Source: Escherichia phage vB_EcoP_PAS59. From it: a stretch of 64,000 nt of DNA. The translations under genes were made by a program, and so were the position numbers. Every line of letters begins with the position of its first letter. Within the stretch, counting starts at the first letter, position 1. Shown here one piece after another: positions 1 to 8,986 of the stretch. The DNA lies in sequence record OQ921332.1; one strand, given 5' to 3'. The notes under the pieces are model-generated. The model did no database searches, was not told the DNA's origin, and was given only the letters and a program-made list of their open reading frames with translations.

Positions 1-120
1 ATGTATATCTAACCAGTGAATACATACCCGTATTTCTCTTACTCATGTTGAGAAGGGATGAAAGGCTAGACTCTGATGTACTGTACAGGCATACTGATAG
101 TGACTATAATAACTGACATA

Positions 121-205
121 ATAACCTATGATAACTAATGATAACCTATGTAAACTATATCAATCCTCACACTACCCCAAGTTTAATAGTGATAACCTAT
201 GTTAA
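121..205. repeat. direct repeats of ATAACCTATG (about 121-130, 141-150, 192-201; related copy 437-446)
   Basis: read from sequence; non-coding left end. Confidence 0.5.
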
Positions 206-393
206 TGTTTCATGAGTGGATTATTGATGTATGTATCATTAGACTGGTATTAGTTTCTTTTATCATTCTTTTAGGTCTGTTTCTTTTTCAGCGTGTCTTT
301 ATTCTTTTTCTTTTAGTTGTTTGAGTAAATTATTTGACTGGTAATTTACTACCGCATGGTCTGACCTGTTACCTGTAACTAACTTACATTATA

Positions 394-492
394 CCCTACC
401 CGTTTCCCCTTCCCCGTTAGGCTTCTTACCCATTGGCTAACCTATGCGGCACGTCTTACCCATCTATCTATCCCGTTGGTCTGCTACCCGTT
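394..492. repeat. iterated short motifs CCCGTT (x4) and TCTTACCCAT (x2)
   Basis: read from sequence; no ORF of 60 aa or more in bp 1-700. Confidence 0.4.
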
Positions 493-608
493 CTGTAAGT
501 GTTATAAAATTGTAAGCTGTATCTCTGAACAAGAAAGTTTAGTAAATTAAATTCTCTTTATATTCAGTGAGTTAGGATTATAAATCTAGATAGTTTGAAA
601 ATAAGTGG

Positions 609-636
609 TTGACATGTTTTTCCTTTAATGTATAGT
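609..636 (+). promoter_or_regulatory. sigma70-type promoter TTGACA-N16-TATAGT, overlapping a TAATGTATAG motif (626-635)
   Basis: consensus -35 at 609-614, -10 at 631-636. Confidence 0.45.
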
Positions 637-770
637 TGCAATCGTAGTTTGAATTATCGTTAATGAAGCAGTGATGTAAAGTAGTTAGCGGTGATAGTGA
701 GCAGTGAAGGTTGATCAGCCTAAGTAACTACACACGACAAACAATCTTTCATTTATCAGGAGTAGTAATA

Positions 771-1271
771 ATGGCTATCAAAGCAATGCAGGCTATCAAT
801 CTAGCGTCCTATGCACTGGTTGCAGCTATCGGTGTTAGTGCTATCGCTACCAATGTTCAGGCTAAAGATGATAAAGTGTTATCCGCTCCTACAGGTCTGC
901 AATCCTTTGTTAGCACGTTTAAGAATGCTCCTGATATGACTTGTCGTGACGTTGGTAGTGATGGTAATGATGCCTTCTGGCGTGTACACTTCAATGAAGT
1001 CACTACCGCTAATGTGCGTGTCACTCTTACCCCATTGGGCGAGAAATCTGGCACTCAGTCAGTCATTAAATTGAAACGTGCTGATAGTGATCATGACATG
1101 GTTACTTATTCTCTATATCAGAAGGTTGAGAAAGAAAAATTACAGTTTGTAACTAATCTCGTTAGTTATGGTGATGTGAGTGAAACCGTACTCGCTACTA
1201 CTGCATATCATGACGGTGTAGCAGTTTATACAACCTTTATTAACTTTGCTAATTGTGATATTGTTCAATGA
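771..1271 (+). CDS. secreted protein of unknown function
   Basis: ORF track 711..1271, start moved to ATG 771 behind AGGAG; N-terminal signal peptide MAIKAMQAINLASYALVAAIGVSAIATNVQA. Confidence 0.55.
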   Translation: MAIKAMQAINLASYALVAAIGVSAIATNVQAKDDKVLSAPTGLQSFVSTFKNAPDMTCRDVGSDGNDAFWRVHFNEVTTANVRVTLTPLGEKSGTQSVIKLKRADSDHDMVTYSLYQKVEKEKLQFVTNLVSYGDVSETVLATTAYHDGVAVYTTFINFANCDIVQ

Positions 1272-1364
1272 ATATGGTTTACCCTTTCTTGTTCTTTCTT
1301 GCAATCTTATTGTATGTTCGTAGTTGTATAGCCCTTGTTTCTCAAGCTATTAAGGATTAAACTA

Positions 1365-1613
1365 ATGAATGAGTCATACGCAACCGTAATAAATGCCTAT
1401 ATGTGCATTCAGCATGGTGATTTGGTTATCAGTGGTAAATATGGCCTTGTACTGATTCCTATCCGTGCTTTGGCTTCCTTGTCTTCAGCACATGCACGCA
1501 TGACTATTGCCCGATTGTCCGGCCTTGATCCGATGACCGCTAGCGAGTATCGCGATTTGCTGGTTAAGTCTGGTTTATCGCTGGAAGAACTGTTAACCGT
1601 CGAGGATAATTAA
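1365..1613 (+). CDS. hypothetical protein
   Basis: ORF track 1335..1613; internal ATG 1365 behind AAGGA. Confidence 0.45.
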   Translation: MNESYATVINAYMCIQHGDLVISGKYGLVLIPIRALASLSSAHARMTIARLSGLDPMTASEYRDLLVKSGLSLEELLTVEDN

Positions 1614-1615
1614 CG

Positions 1616-1888
1616 ATGGAAACTATTGCCATTATTGAAACACATAATTACGGCGTAGGCATTACACTGAATTATGACGCTATGGCTGACGTTGGTAATT
1701 TGTTATTGATCACCCCTAGCGATATGAAAATTATTGCCTTCACTGGTATTATGCTTATTGGTGCGGATTATCTTGAGCTGGCCCAATTCTTTGCCCGTAA
1801 TGGCCTACTATTGGACGTTGACGAGGTGCAAGCCATTTGTGAAACCTTTGATGACTATCTAGATAAGGTTGTAAGTGGTGATTCATAA
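1616..1888 (+). CDS. hypothetical protein
   Basis: ORF track; tightly packed after previous gene. Confidence 0.45.
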   Translation: METIAIIETHNYGVGITLNYDAMADVGNLLLITPSDMKIIAFTGIMLIGADYLELAQFFARNGLLLDVDEVQAICETFDDYLDKVVSGDS

Positions 1889-1980
1889 ATACTTCTTGCA
1901 TTGCCTGTTAGTAATTAGTATCATGTTATTTATCTATGACGTGATTTCTTATGTTGTTCGTTCCTTCTAAGGCTTGAATT

Positions 1981-2307
1981 ATGAAAATTAAATTAGCTGT
2001 ATGTGCTGCCTTGTTCGCTGTTTCTTCCGTGTCACATGCTGCCGTATTCAACGAGGCCAGTTTAGATGGTCTGCAATGCACCTATCTAATGGAAAACTAC
2101 GACACTGGCAAGAAGTCCAGCAAGGCAATATTGATTGACCTGAACGACTACGACAGCAAGATAGTTGATAGTAAGTCTGCAATGCTGGTCAATCAGACAA
2201 CAGGCAAGCAAATCACCATTGATCACATGATGCGATCTAGCATGACGTTGTTCGATGAGTCGATGAATGAAATAGCATCAGGTAACGGCACTTGCACCAA
2301 TCCGTAA
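1981..2307 (+). CDS. secreted protein of unknown function
   Basis: ORF track; signal peptide MKIKLAVCAALFAVSSVSHA. Confidence 0.55.
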   Translation: MKIKLAVCAALFAVSSVSHAAVFNEASLDGLQCTYLMENYDTGKKSSKAILIDLNDYDSKIVDSKSAMLVNQTTGKQITIDHMMRSSMTLFDESMNEIASGNGTCTNP

Positions 2308-2327
2308 CTAATCCGTAAGACTCTCTA

Positions 2328-2352
2328 AGCGCCCTTTTGAGGCGCTTTTTTC
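2328..2352 (+). terminator. rho-independent terminator
   Basis: AGCGCC-loop-GGCGCT stem followed by T-run. Confidence 0.6.
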
Positions 2353-2666
2353 ATTTCTAAGGTGATTGCACATCTTGCCCCTGTTTAGCTCGTTAGGATG
2401 CTTCCTATGTGCCTAGATTTCGATTATAGGGCTTGTTTTCTTCCTCCCTTGATGTTATTCGTGTGTGCGTTCCTTTATGCCTAAAAGAAAGTGAAATTAT
2501 TTTAGAAAAAGACTTGCAACGGTTTTAGGATAGTGTATATTGAATCTTGTCAGGACGTGATGCAGTAAGTTACCTCCTGATAGGCTAGATTCTTAGCCTT
2601 GCTCTTTAATAATTCGATTAGTGTATCTTGATAAACTCCCAACCATGCCATAATGAGGATTTATCA

Positions 2667-2867
2667 ATGAACGTGTATACCTTCTCAAGCAAAGACACGC
2701 AAATCACTTGCACTAGCATTAACGTTACTAACATGATTATGAGAATAGTCGGTAGTACATTACAGCAGGCAAAAGAGATGGTAGCCGATGCCGATAAAGG
2801 CAAAGCTATTGCGGTGTTATCGCTGGTAAGTACGGATAAAGATTTAACCTTTAAACGTATGAACTAA
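2667..2867 (+). CDS. hypothetical small protein
   Basis: ORF track 2628..2867; internal ATG 2667. Confidence 0.35.
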   Translation: MNVYTFSSKDTQITCTSINVTNMIMRIVGSTLQQAKEMVADADKGKAIAVLSLVSTDKDLTFKRMN

Positions 2868-2929
2868 GGTAAGGTTAGCGGCCTTAACGGTCGCTAGTTT
2901 ATCAAGATGCATTAATCGAAAAATAGTTG

Positions 2930-2957
2930 TTGACACATCGAATCATTATGATAAGAT
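2930..2957 (+). promoter_or_regulatory. sigma70-type early promoter (TTGACA ... TAAGAT)
   Basis: perfect -35 at 2930-2935; -10-like 2952-2957; GTTCAC follows as in the next promoter. Confidence 0.45.
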
Positions 2958-3003
2958 GTTCACACGGTCAGCGATGACATAAAACATCCGGCACTTAGTG
3001 CCC

Positions 3004-3023
3004 CGCTCTTTAACAATTTATCG
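3004..3023 (+). promoter_or_regulatory. boxA-like antitermination element CGCTCTTTAACAATTTATCG
   Basis: 18 of 20 nt identical to E. coli rrn boxA TGCTCTTTAACAATTTATCA as I recall it. Confidence 0.55.
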
Positions 3024-3089
3024 TCTTGCCCTTTCGCAAAGATTCACGCGAGATAAGGGAAGAGAATAAAAAGAAGACGATAAAAAGAG

Positions 3090-3117
3090 TTGACAAGGTG
3101 AAACGTTCTGATAGAAT
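3090..3117 (+). promoter_or_regulatory. sigma70-type early promoter TTGACA-N16-TAGAAT
   Basis: -35 at 3090-3095, -10 at 3112-3117. Confidence 0.55.
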
Positions 3118-3140
3118 GTTCACTAAGCAGTAAGAAACAC

Positions 3141-3156
3141 CGCTCTTTAAAAATAT
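3141..3156 (+). promoter_or_regulatory. degenerate boxA-like element CGCTCTTTAAAAATAT
   Basis: shares the GCTCTTTAA core with the 3004 and 3367 copies. Confidence 0.35.
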
Positions 3157-3256
3157 GAATCAGAAAGTTAAGCGCAACCGCTTACAATCTTGTTAATCCA
3201 ATGCGTGATTAACTGGTCATTCGAAAGAATAGACGAGAAAAAGATTAAAAAAGTGG

Positions 3257-3285
3257 TTGACACGCTAAACAGGATGATTCATAAT
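3257..3285 (+). promoter_or_regulatory. sigma70-type early promoter TTGACA-N17-CATAAT
   Basis: -35 at 3257-3262, -10 at 3280-3285. Confidence 0.55.
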
Positions 3286-3366
3286 GAGCACTCACTAGAC
3301 AACTAGTGAAACGCGAAACCACGGCGAACGGTGGCGGGAGGTGAGAAAGCACCTCGATAGATTTAC

Positions 3367-3386
3367 CGCTCTTTAACAATTTAAAC
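3367..3386 (+). promoter_or_regulatory. boxA-like antitermination element CGCTCTTTAACAATTTAAAC
   Basis: 17 of 20 nt identical to rrn boxA as recalled. Confidence 0.5.
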
Positions 3387-4198
3387 TTCTTCCTATATCG
3401 GTTGAACATGGCGAGCAATAATAACCATTGCAAGCTATGCCAGATAAAACGATGTAAGGCGCTCTAAAATATCAGAGGAAACCGCTTTATAATCCCTTAC
3501 TGGAAACGACACCACTGATAAATGAAGTTATTGAGTACATGCAAGGCTTAAGCTAATCGCCTACGGTTAAAGGGTAGCGGCGGCGGTGCTAGTAAAGTGC
3601 TACAATAATAGACGTTTATCGGGGTAGTCAAGTCCGACGAATTAACGCTCAATAGCGAGCGGCGGGAGGGGGTTAAAGAGTAGCAAATTGCTATTTAACA
3701 ATAAGGTTTAAGCGTGAGTATTTACTAAGTGAGTGTTTTGATACACATCAATAGCGATGTGAGTACATAAACATGTAGTGTAGTAAATCGTGAGAGAGAT
3801 AATCAAACGCCAAAGTATCAGGCGGTCAATGACTCTTTACCATATGCTTTCCCTTAGTAGGCGATAAGCAGGTTTAGAGAGTTGATATAAAAGGGTATCA
3901 CGAAGCGAAAGCAAAGTAGATAGTAATGCCATCGGCTAGAAATTTAGCTAATTAGAGATGGACGCGCTTGCCTTATTGTGATGATTGATCATCGCTGGCA
4001 AATCGGCTTTGTTTATAGCGATTAGTTGAATCCACCAGATGAAACATCACGGCAAGTTAGGCGGCAAGGTTAACTCCTGATAAGACCGCCTGATTTACCA
4101 CTGGTTACTAATGGTTAGTGATTAGTGTTAAGTCATAGTGACTTGAATAGCCCATAGAGGGCGGCGCATAGTGCGTTTATAATTGAAAGGTGAATATC

Positions 4199-5101
4199 AT
4201 GGCTAAAGTTTTTAATCTGGTTAACGAATCCGGCTTTAATGCACTGGCAAACAACATTCGTAGCAATAACGCGGCGATCAAACAAGATGTTTCTAACTTC
4301 CTGTTAGGGCATTTGCAGCACTTCCGCACCAACGGTAAGAAACTGGATGTATTGCAGGCGGCGGTTGATTTCTTGTTAACTGAACGTTATCGTGACTTAG
4401 ATGTGATTGCGGTTGCCATCTCTTTCTTAACTCCTATCAAATATAACACTGACGGGGCGAACGGTAAGAAGAAATGGATTAATCTGGAAGGTGAAGCGAA
4501 AGCTAAAGAAGATGCTAAACCGGAACAGGTTAAATCTAAAATGGAACAAAACCGCGCCCGCTGGTCGAATTCCTTTGAACGCTTTGCTAAAGGTGAAGAC
4601 GTGCAGGTTGATAACCCAGCATTCTACAAAGGTTGCAATGACAACGTTCCGGTAGCAAACCAGATCAACCAGAAGGTTAACGAAAACTTTAATCAGGATA
4701 TTTATGCACTGGTTGACCGTCTGGCTGCAATCCGTATTGAAGCGGCATTACTAGCAGATGAACGCAATGGCGCATCTTCTGATAACACTATCGCATTGAG
4801 TGAAGAAGTCGGCAAAGTTAAGAAAACTTTCGATTCACTCCTTAAGAAAGTGACCGCATCAACTGTATCTATCAGCGATGACTACCTGATTAATGCCTCG
4901 ACTAAAGAGCTTGAATCTCTGGACTCATACGCTGATGAAATGGAAAAAGCGATCAACGAAATGACTGAAAAATTGTCTAACCTTCGTGGTCGCATCTCAA
5001 ATGCTTCAACTATCAAAGCGAACGAGAAAGCTGCGCAGGAAGAAGAAGAAGTGTTGCGCAAAGCTGCCGAAATCATGGCAGCACGCCAACAAGCTGCATA
5101 A
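4199..5101 (+). CDS. early protein of unknown function (300 aa, acidic coiled-coil C-terminus)
   Basis: ORF track 4190..5101; ATG 4199; first long gene after the promoter and leader region. Confidence 0.6.
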   Translation: MAKVFNLVNESGFNALANNIRSNNAAIKQDVSNFLLGHLQHFRTNGKKLDVLQAAVDFLLTERYRDLDVIAVAISFLTPIKYNTDGANGKKKWINLEGEAKAKEDAKPEQVKSKMEQNRARWSNSFERFAKGEDVQVDNPAFYKGCNDNVPVANQINQKVNENFNQDIYALVDRLAAIRIEAALLADERNGASSDNTIALSEEVGKVKKTFDSLLKKVTASTVSISDDYLINASTKELESLDSYADEMEKAINEMTEKLSNLRGRISNASTIKANEKAAQEEEEVLRKAAEIMAARQQAA

Positions 5102-5120
5102 CCTATAATAAAACACATGA

Positions 5121-5154
5121 GGCGCTATTCGAAAGGGTAGCGCCTTTTTCTTTT
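5121..5154 (+). terminator. rho-independent terminator
   Basis: GGCGCTA-loop-TAGCGCC followed by TTTTTCTTTT. Confidence 0.6.
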
Positions 5155-5208
5155 ACTAGTGCATTGATTCAGTGTGCTAATCAAAGAAACTAAAAAGAGA
5201 TAAACACC

Positions 5209-5433
5209 ATGCCAAAACTGAAAACAGAAGTTAAGATGTATCGTAACATTCTCAACAACATGACCTATCGTAAAACCGATAAATACGGAATCGAATGCAA
5301 ATGCATTCTTACTGGCAAGTGGTATCCGTCGCCGATTCAAGAACAAGCATTGATTGAAAACTCTGTTACTTACACTATCACGCAGGAAACTAAGCTAGGC
5401 CGATTCCTTCGTAAGCTGGGGTTACGCAAATGA
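5209..5433 (+). CDS. hypothetical small protein
   Basis: ORF track. Confidence 0.45.
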   Translation: MPKLKTEVKMYRNILNNMTYRKTDKYGIECKCILTGKWYPSPIQEQALIENSVTYTITQETKLGRFLRKLGLRK

Positions 5434-5651
5434 TCTTAACTCAATCCCATTTGTGCCCTATCTGTAAGAAAGCACGTGCTAACAATAACCATCGCAAGTG
5501 TAGTAGAATCTTACAGCGTCGTCGTAATGATGCCGAGATGGATAAGATTCGAAAGAATCAGTATGAGCACGAAAGAAAACAAGCGGCGATTAGTGCATCT
5601 TCTGTAATGTATCGTCGTGTAAGAGCACTCCAATATAAAGAGGTTGTTTAA
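5430..5651 (+). CDS. small basic zinc-ribbon-like protein
   Basis: ORF track; CPICKK...HRKC; ATGA overlap with upstream gene. Confidence 0.45.
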   Translation: MILTQSHLCPICKKARANNNHRKCSRILQRRRNDAEMDKIRKNQYEHERKQAAISASSVMYRRVRALQYKEVV

Positions 5652-5861
5652 ATGACTAGTTTAAGCACGTTAGAGAAGAAAGCGACTCGACTGCTAGGAC
5701 GTCGTGTCCGCTACCACTACCTGAATAAAGGTAAGGCATTAACTGGACGTATTACCACGGTATCAAGTCGCTGCGGTAAACTAATCTCCGTAAGTGTTCT
5801 CTTTGATGGCGAACGTGTAGCAATTACACGTAGTTGGAAATCGTTTAGTTTAATTGATTAA
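5652..5861 (+). CDS. hypothetical small protein
   Basis: ORF track; abuts upstream stop. Confidence 0.45.
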   Translation: MTSLSTLEKKATRLLGRRVRYHYLNKGKALTGRITTVSSRCGKLISVSVLFDGERVAITRSWKSFSLID

Positions 5862-5931
5862 GTTATTTGGTTAAGCCTTGCTATGTGGTAAGGCTTGCAC
5901 GATATAATTTATCAGCGAAAGGAATAAAGCA

Positions 5932-6375
5932 ATGGCTAAATCTAAAATCAGCATGAAAGGCGGACGAGTGTTCTCTATGAGTGAGCTGGAAAAAGAAAAG
6001 CCAGCCGCTGTTAGTCATATTAGCAAACGTAGCCTTAAACGAAGAGCTATGAAACAGGCCGCTCAAGCACATAAAGAATCACCTGTACCAAAGGTGCTAG
6101 GTCGTCGTGTTCATCGTGCTGATGCGCTTCTTCTTGCTGATCACAAGCGTTCCTTGTTAACCAACGGGGCAGCAAAAACAGAACAAGAAAAACGTTTAGA
6201 AATCTTTTGTAATGGTCGCACTAAAGGTAAGCAGAAGAATAAAGGTAGCACTAAGCCACCGAAAGCATTTCCTACTACTAGTCAATGTGCACCGGATGTT
6301 TTCTACGCTGACAGTAAACACAAGTGGGGAGTTGAAAAATATATTGACCCAATCAAAACAGCAAGAGTTAAGTAA
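5932..6375 (+). CDS. highly basic (Lys/Arg-rich) protein, possibly nucleic-acid binding
   Basis: ORF track; composition only. Confidence 0.45.
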   Translation: MAKSKISMKGGRVFSMSELEKEKPAAVSHISKRSLKRRAMKQAAQAHKESPVPKVLGRRVHRADALLLADHKRSLLTNGAAKTEQEKRLEIFCNGRTKGKQKNKGSTKPPKAFPTTSQCAPDVFYADSKHKWGVEKYIDPIKTARVK

Positions 6376-6405
6376 GCCCCTTCTGTACCAGTGGTCAACT
6401 ACTAT

Positions 6406-6454
6406 GACGCTCTTCTTGAGCGTCTTTTGTCTGCCGCCTCTGTGCGGCTTTTTG
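6406..6454 (+). terminator. two tandem rho-independent terminators
   Basis: GACGCTC/GAGCGTC stem + T-run, then GCCGC/GCGGC stem + T-run. Confidence 0.55.
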
Positions 6455-6612
6455 CGTAGCTAGTGATGCCTAAAGGGAACTCCCTTTGTGAATCATTGGC
6501 ATGGTTCAATCCCTATTGGATGGTCATTTGACCGGGCCTTTAACGAGGCCGCTTTTTTAAGAGTCTTTGCGAGGATTTTTAAATGAGTGAGGTCATGTTC
6601 ACTTTTCAGGTC

Positions 6613-6639
6613 GCCCCGTCTTCGGATGGGGCTTTTTTA
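6613..6639 (+). terminator. rho-independent terminator
   Basis: GCCCCGTC-ttcg-GATGGGGC followed by TTTTTT. Confidence 0.55.
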
Positions 6640-6690
6640 TGCCCGTAAAACAGGGGGTAGTAAGTTCTGATAACGACAGCACAGCTACTT

Positions 6691-7077
6691 TTGACATTGA
6701 CTATTTATTATGAGGCAGGGAATCAGCCAACCGCTTGCAAAGCATTAGTAGCGGATACCGTAATAAACAGAATGTCACAACGAAAACTGACTGCCGAGCA
6801 GGTTATAAATCAACGAAACCAGTTCGAGTGGATACCCGTCCTATTAAAGAAGGAGAAACCTTTTAAGCGTTATGTAAAGCTGATTCGTGATGATAATCCT
6901 CTGACGAAGAAGTCAATCAGAGAGAGCGAGTGGCTTGCAAGGCGTGCACTGAAGAAAGGTTATGTGCCTTTGTACAGCGGTACATACTTTCAGAGTAAGA
7001 GCGAAGGGGTGCCAAAGTGGTATACCAATCCAATGTATTGTGGTGATTTAGTGTTCAATAATAGTGCCCGTGATTGA
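6691..7077 (+). CDS. possible SleB-like cell-wall hydrolase domain protein
   Basis: ORF track (TTG start, no clear RBS); EAGNQ...VADTVINR resembles the cell-wall hydrolase motif. Confidence 0.3.
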   Translation: MTLTIYYEAGNQPTACKALVADTVINRMSQRKLTAEQVINQRNQFEWIPVLLKKEKPFKRYVKLIRDDNPLTKKSIRESEWLARRALKKGYVPLYSGTYFQSKSEGVPKWYTNPMYCGDLVFNNSARD

Positions 7078-7278
7078 TTCATAGGTGCCAAGATTGACAA
7101 ACTAAATTTCCTTATAAATCACACACTTATGATTTTCTCTGCAAAAAGTGGAAGTGATTTGGGACCAGAGGTAATGACTGTATATAGACCTCTGAAAATT
7201 ATTGATAGAAATTAAGTTTAGAAATAATAAATTCTAAATAACATTTCTTATAATATCTTACTTTAAGAGGATAAAGAT

Positions 7279-7584
7279 ATGACTTTAGAGGTTTATAGAT
7301 TCCTTCTCGTACTCACCGTAACGATTTCTGTTCTAGGATTTATTGCGTTAAGTAATAAGTCAGCAAGCTGGAAGCGTCGTTATGAGTTCCTTCTTAAGCA
7401 AGAGGAAGTCTTTAATGCTGATGTTCGTTCCAAACTGCTCAAGATGCAGGAGCAAATTGAAGCACGTAATGATCGTTTGGCTTCTTTGGGTTGGGAGATT
7501 AAACGTATTCAAGATCTCAACAAGCAACTCGCTGAAGAAATTAAACGCCAGAATGAGGAAACAGAGGATGCGCTCAAAGGTTAA
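7279..7584 (+). CDS. membrane-anchored coiled-coil protein
   Basis: ORF track; N-terminal TM helix then charged helical region. Confidence 0.5.
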   Translation: MTLEVYRFLLVLTVTISVLGFIALSNKSASWKRRYEFLLKQEEVFNADVRSKLLKMQEQIEARNDRLASLGWEIKRIQDLNKQLAEEIKRQNEETEDALKG

Positions 7585-7744
7585 GTTTACCACTGGTAAC
7601 ACTGTTCGCCTTGTTGGCGGTACTCAAACAGGTGTTATTCGTCGGAGAACAACGATTGATGGTGTTCTCTGTTATCTTGTTCAGTGGAATGGTGAGTCTT
7701 CTCCTTCCTTCGAACGTCGTACTGATTTGGTGCTAGTCAAATGA
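7553..7744 (+). CDS. hypothetical small protein
   Basis: C-terminal part of ORF track 7382..7744; internal ATG 7553. Confidence 0.3.
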   Translation: MRKQRMRSKVKFTTGNTVRLVGGTQTGVIRRRTTIDGVLCYLVQWNGESSPSFERRTDLVLVK

Positions 7745-7974
7745 AGATAAACTTCGAAATCATCCCAAAGGTTAAAGAAAAGCAGCTAATCTTCAGTGAT
7801 CTCTCTAACGGGGATATTTTTAAATTTAAGAATGTTGATGCTGATACTTATCTTTGGATGAAAATTGACAAACGGTCTGCCATGAAGTTAAGTGACACTT
7901 CTGACATCACTGATGTATTTATCCATTCTGAAGTCTCTAAGTACAAATACAAAATTATCATTGAGGGTAAGTGA
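7741..7974 (+). CDS. small protein, GDxF paralog family
   Basis: ORF track; SNGDIFKF motif shared with 7974, 8735, 11249, 12306, 13948. Confidence 0.5.
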   Translation: MKINFEIIPKVKEKQLIFSDLSNGDIFKFKNVDADTYLWMKIDKRSAMKLSDTSDITDVFIHSEVSKYKYKIIIEGK

Positions 7975-8204
7975 TGAAAATTAATCTCTTCTCTGTAGTT
8001 GTTACTAAAAAGCTCAGTGAGTTACGTCCGGGCGATGTATTCCGTTTACCGACTAACTCTGAAAATGTCTACCTAAAGACAGACACTAGACTTAACGATA
8101 TGCATCGTGTGGTTGGTCTTAGTCAGGGGACACTGTTCCAATTACAGGAAGACCATGAAGTTATCCCTGTACCTGATGTTCAAGTAACTCATATCAATGG
8201 TTAA
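7974..8204 (+). CDS. small protein, GDxF paralog family
   Basis: ORF track 7971..8204; PGDVFR ... IPVP shared with 13948..14199. Confidence 0.5.
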   Translation: MKINLFSVVVTKKLSELRPGDVFRLPTNSENVYLKTDTRLNDMHRVVGLSQGTLFQLQEDHEVIPVPDVQVTHING

Positions 8205-8206
8205 GT

Positions 8207-8340
8207 AACATCGACTTATAGCCCTTGTGTTTATCAGAGGGCTATGTGAGGGTGTTCCTCAATTAACTATAATCTCAACGCCATATGGCTCACCGCTAGG
8301 GCGAGACTTGTCTCAAACATCCGGTGATAGACTAAAACCT
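8207..8340 (+). repeat. conserved intergenic element, copy 1 (perfect 8-bp hairpin 8218-8245 plus ~90 nt of conserved sequence)
   Basis: near-identical to 14201-14340, including ATAGCCCT-loop-AGGGCTATGTGAG and CTCAAACATCCG. Confidence 0.55.
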
Positions 8341-8510
8341 GTTAATTTTCGAACAGCTTTCCGATATGTAGGGGTATGTATCGGTTTGGGATAGAGAACA
8401 ATCTAGGGGTAGAGAGTTCTCGACAGTTAGTACAAGCGGAAGCCTTAACGTGTAGGGCTTCCCTTTATATTAACTGGCAAACCTGCCTCCACCAACAAAG
8501 AGAGAACGAT

Positions 8511-8651
8511 ATGAAGAAGACAACCAAACGTATGAACCGTCCTGAACGTATGGATGCAGTAGCAAATGGTGCTCTGAAGATTGAGTCTGCCATGCTTCGT
8601 CTGACAACTAACATCCGTAAGCGTCAAGGTGATTGGTTCTACGGTGGATAA
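8511..8651 (+). CDS. hypothetical small basic protein
   Basis: internal ATG of ORF track 8376..8651 behind AGAGAGAA. Confidence 0.3.
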   Translation: MKKTTKRMNRPERMDAVANGALKIESAMLRLTTNIRKRQGDWFYGG

Positions 8652-8734
8652 TTAATAATGGGCTGCCCTTCGGGGTGGCCTTTGTTGTTTTAATTAAGGG
8701 ACAACTCTTAATTAAACTAACAAGAGAGGTTGAT

Positions 8735-8986
8735 ATGTTCAATCGTTTATTTGACCGTAAAGGTCGCACTGACATACTGATACCCTCTATCGGTGTGCCA
8801 GCTAAGTTCGGTGAGATACGTGCTGGTGATTTCTTCATGGAATCAGGTCGTCTTCATCTGAAGATTAATCTTGAACACGCTGTAGAAATCCTCAGTGATG
8901 ATAAGCCAATCATTGGCACTTCGGTGTACAGTGCAAACCATACTGTATTTGTTGTCAACGTCCAGATTGAGATTAAAAAGCCATGA
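8735..8986 (+). CDS. small protein, GDxF paralog family
   Basis: ORF track 8633..8986, start moved to ATG 8735 behind AGAGAGG; AGDFF motif. Confidence 0.45.
   Translation: MFNRLFDRKGRTDILIPSIGVPAKFGEIRAGDFFMESGRLHLKINLEHAVEILSDDKPIIGTSVYSANHTVFVVNVQIEIKKP

Noticed and set aside
3245-3433. Minus-strand 62-aa ORF inside the promoter and boxA region
   Set aside because: Lies antisense across the tandem promoter array, has a TTG start and no RBS; the region is better explained as regulatory DNA.
6691-6720. TTGACA at 6691 as another sigma70 promoter
   Set aside because: No -10-like hexamer at 16-18 bp spacing; the TTGACA coincides with the TTG start region of the ORF.
8633-8734. N-terminal extension of ORF 8633..8986
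   Set aside because: The extension overlaps a terminator-like hairpin (8660-8691) and lacks an RBS; the internal ATG 8735 behind AGAGAGG is the more plausible start.
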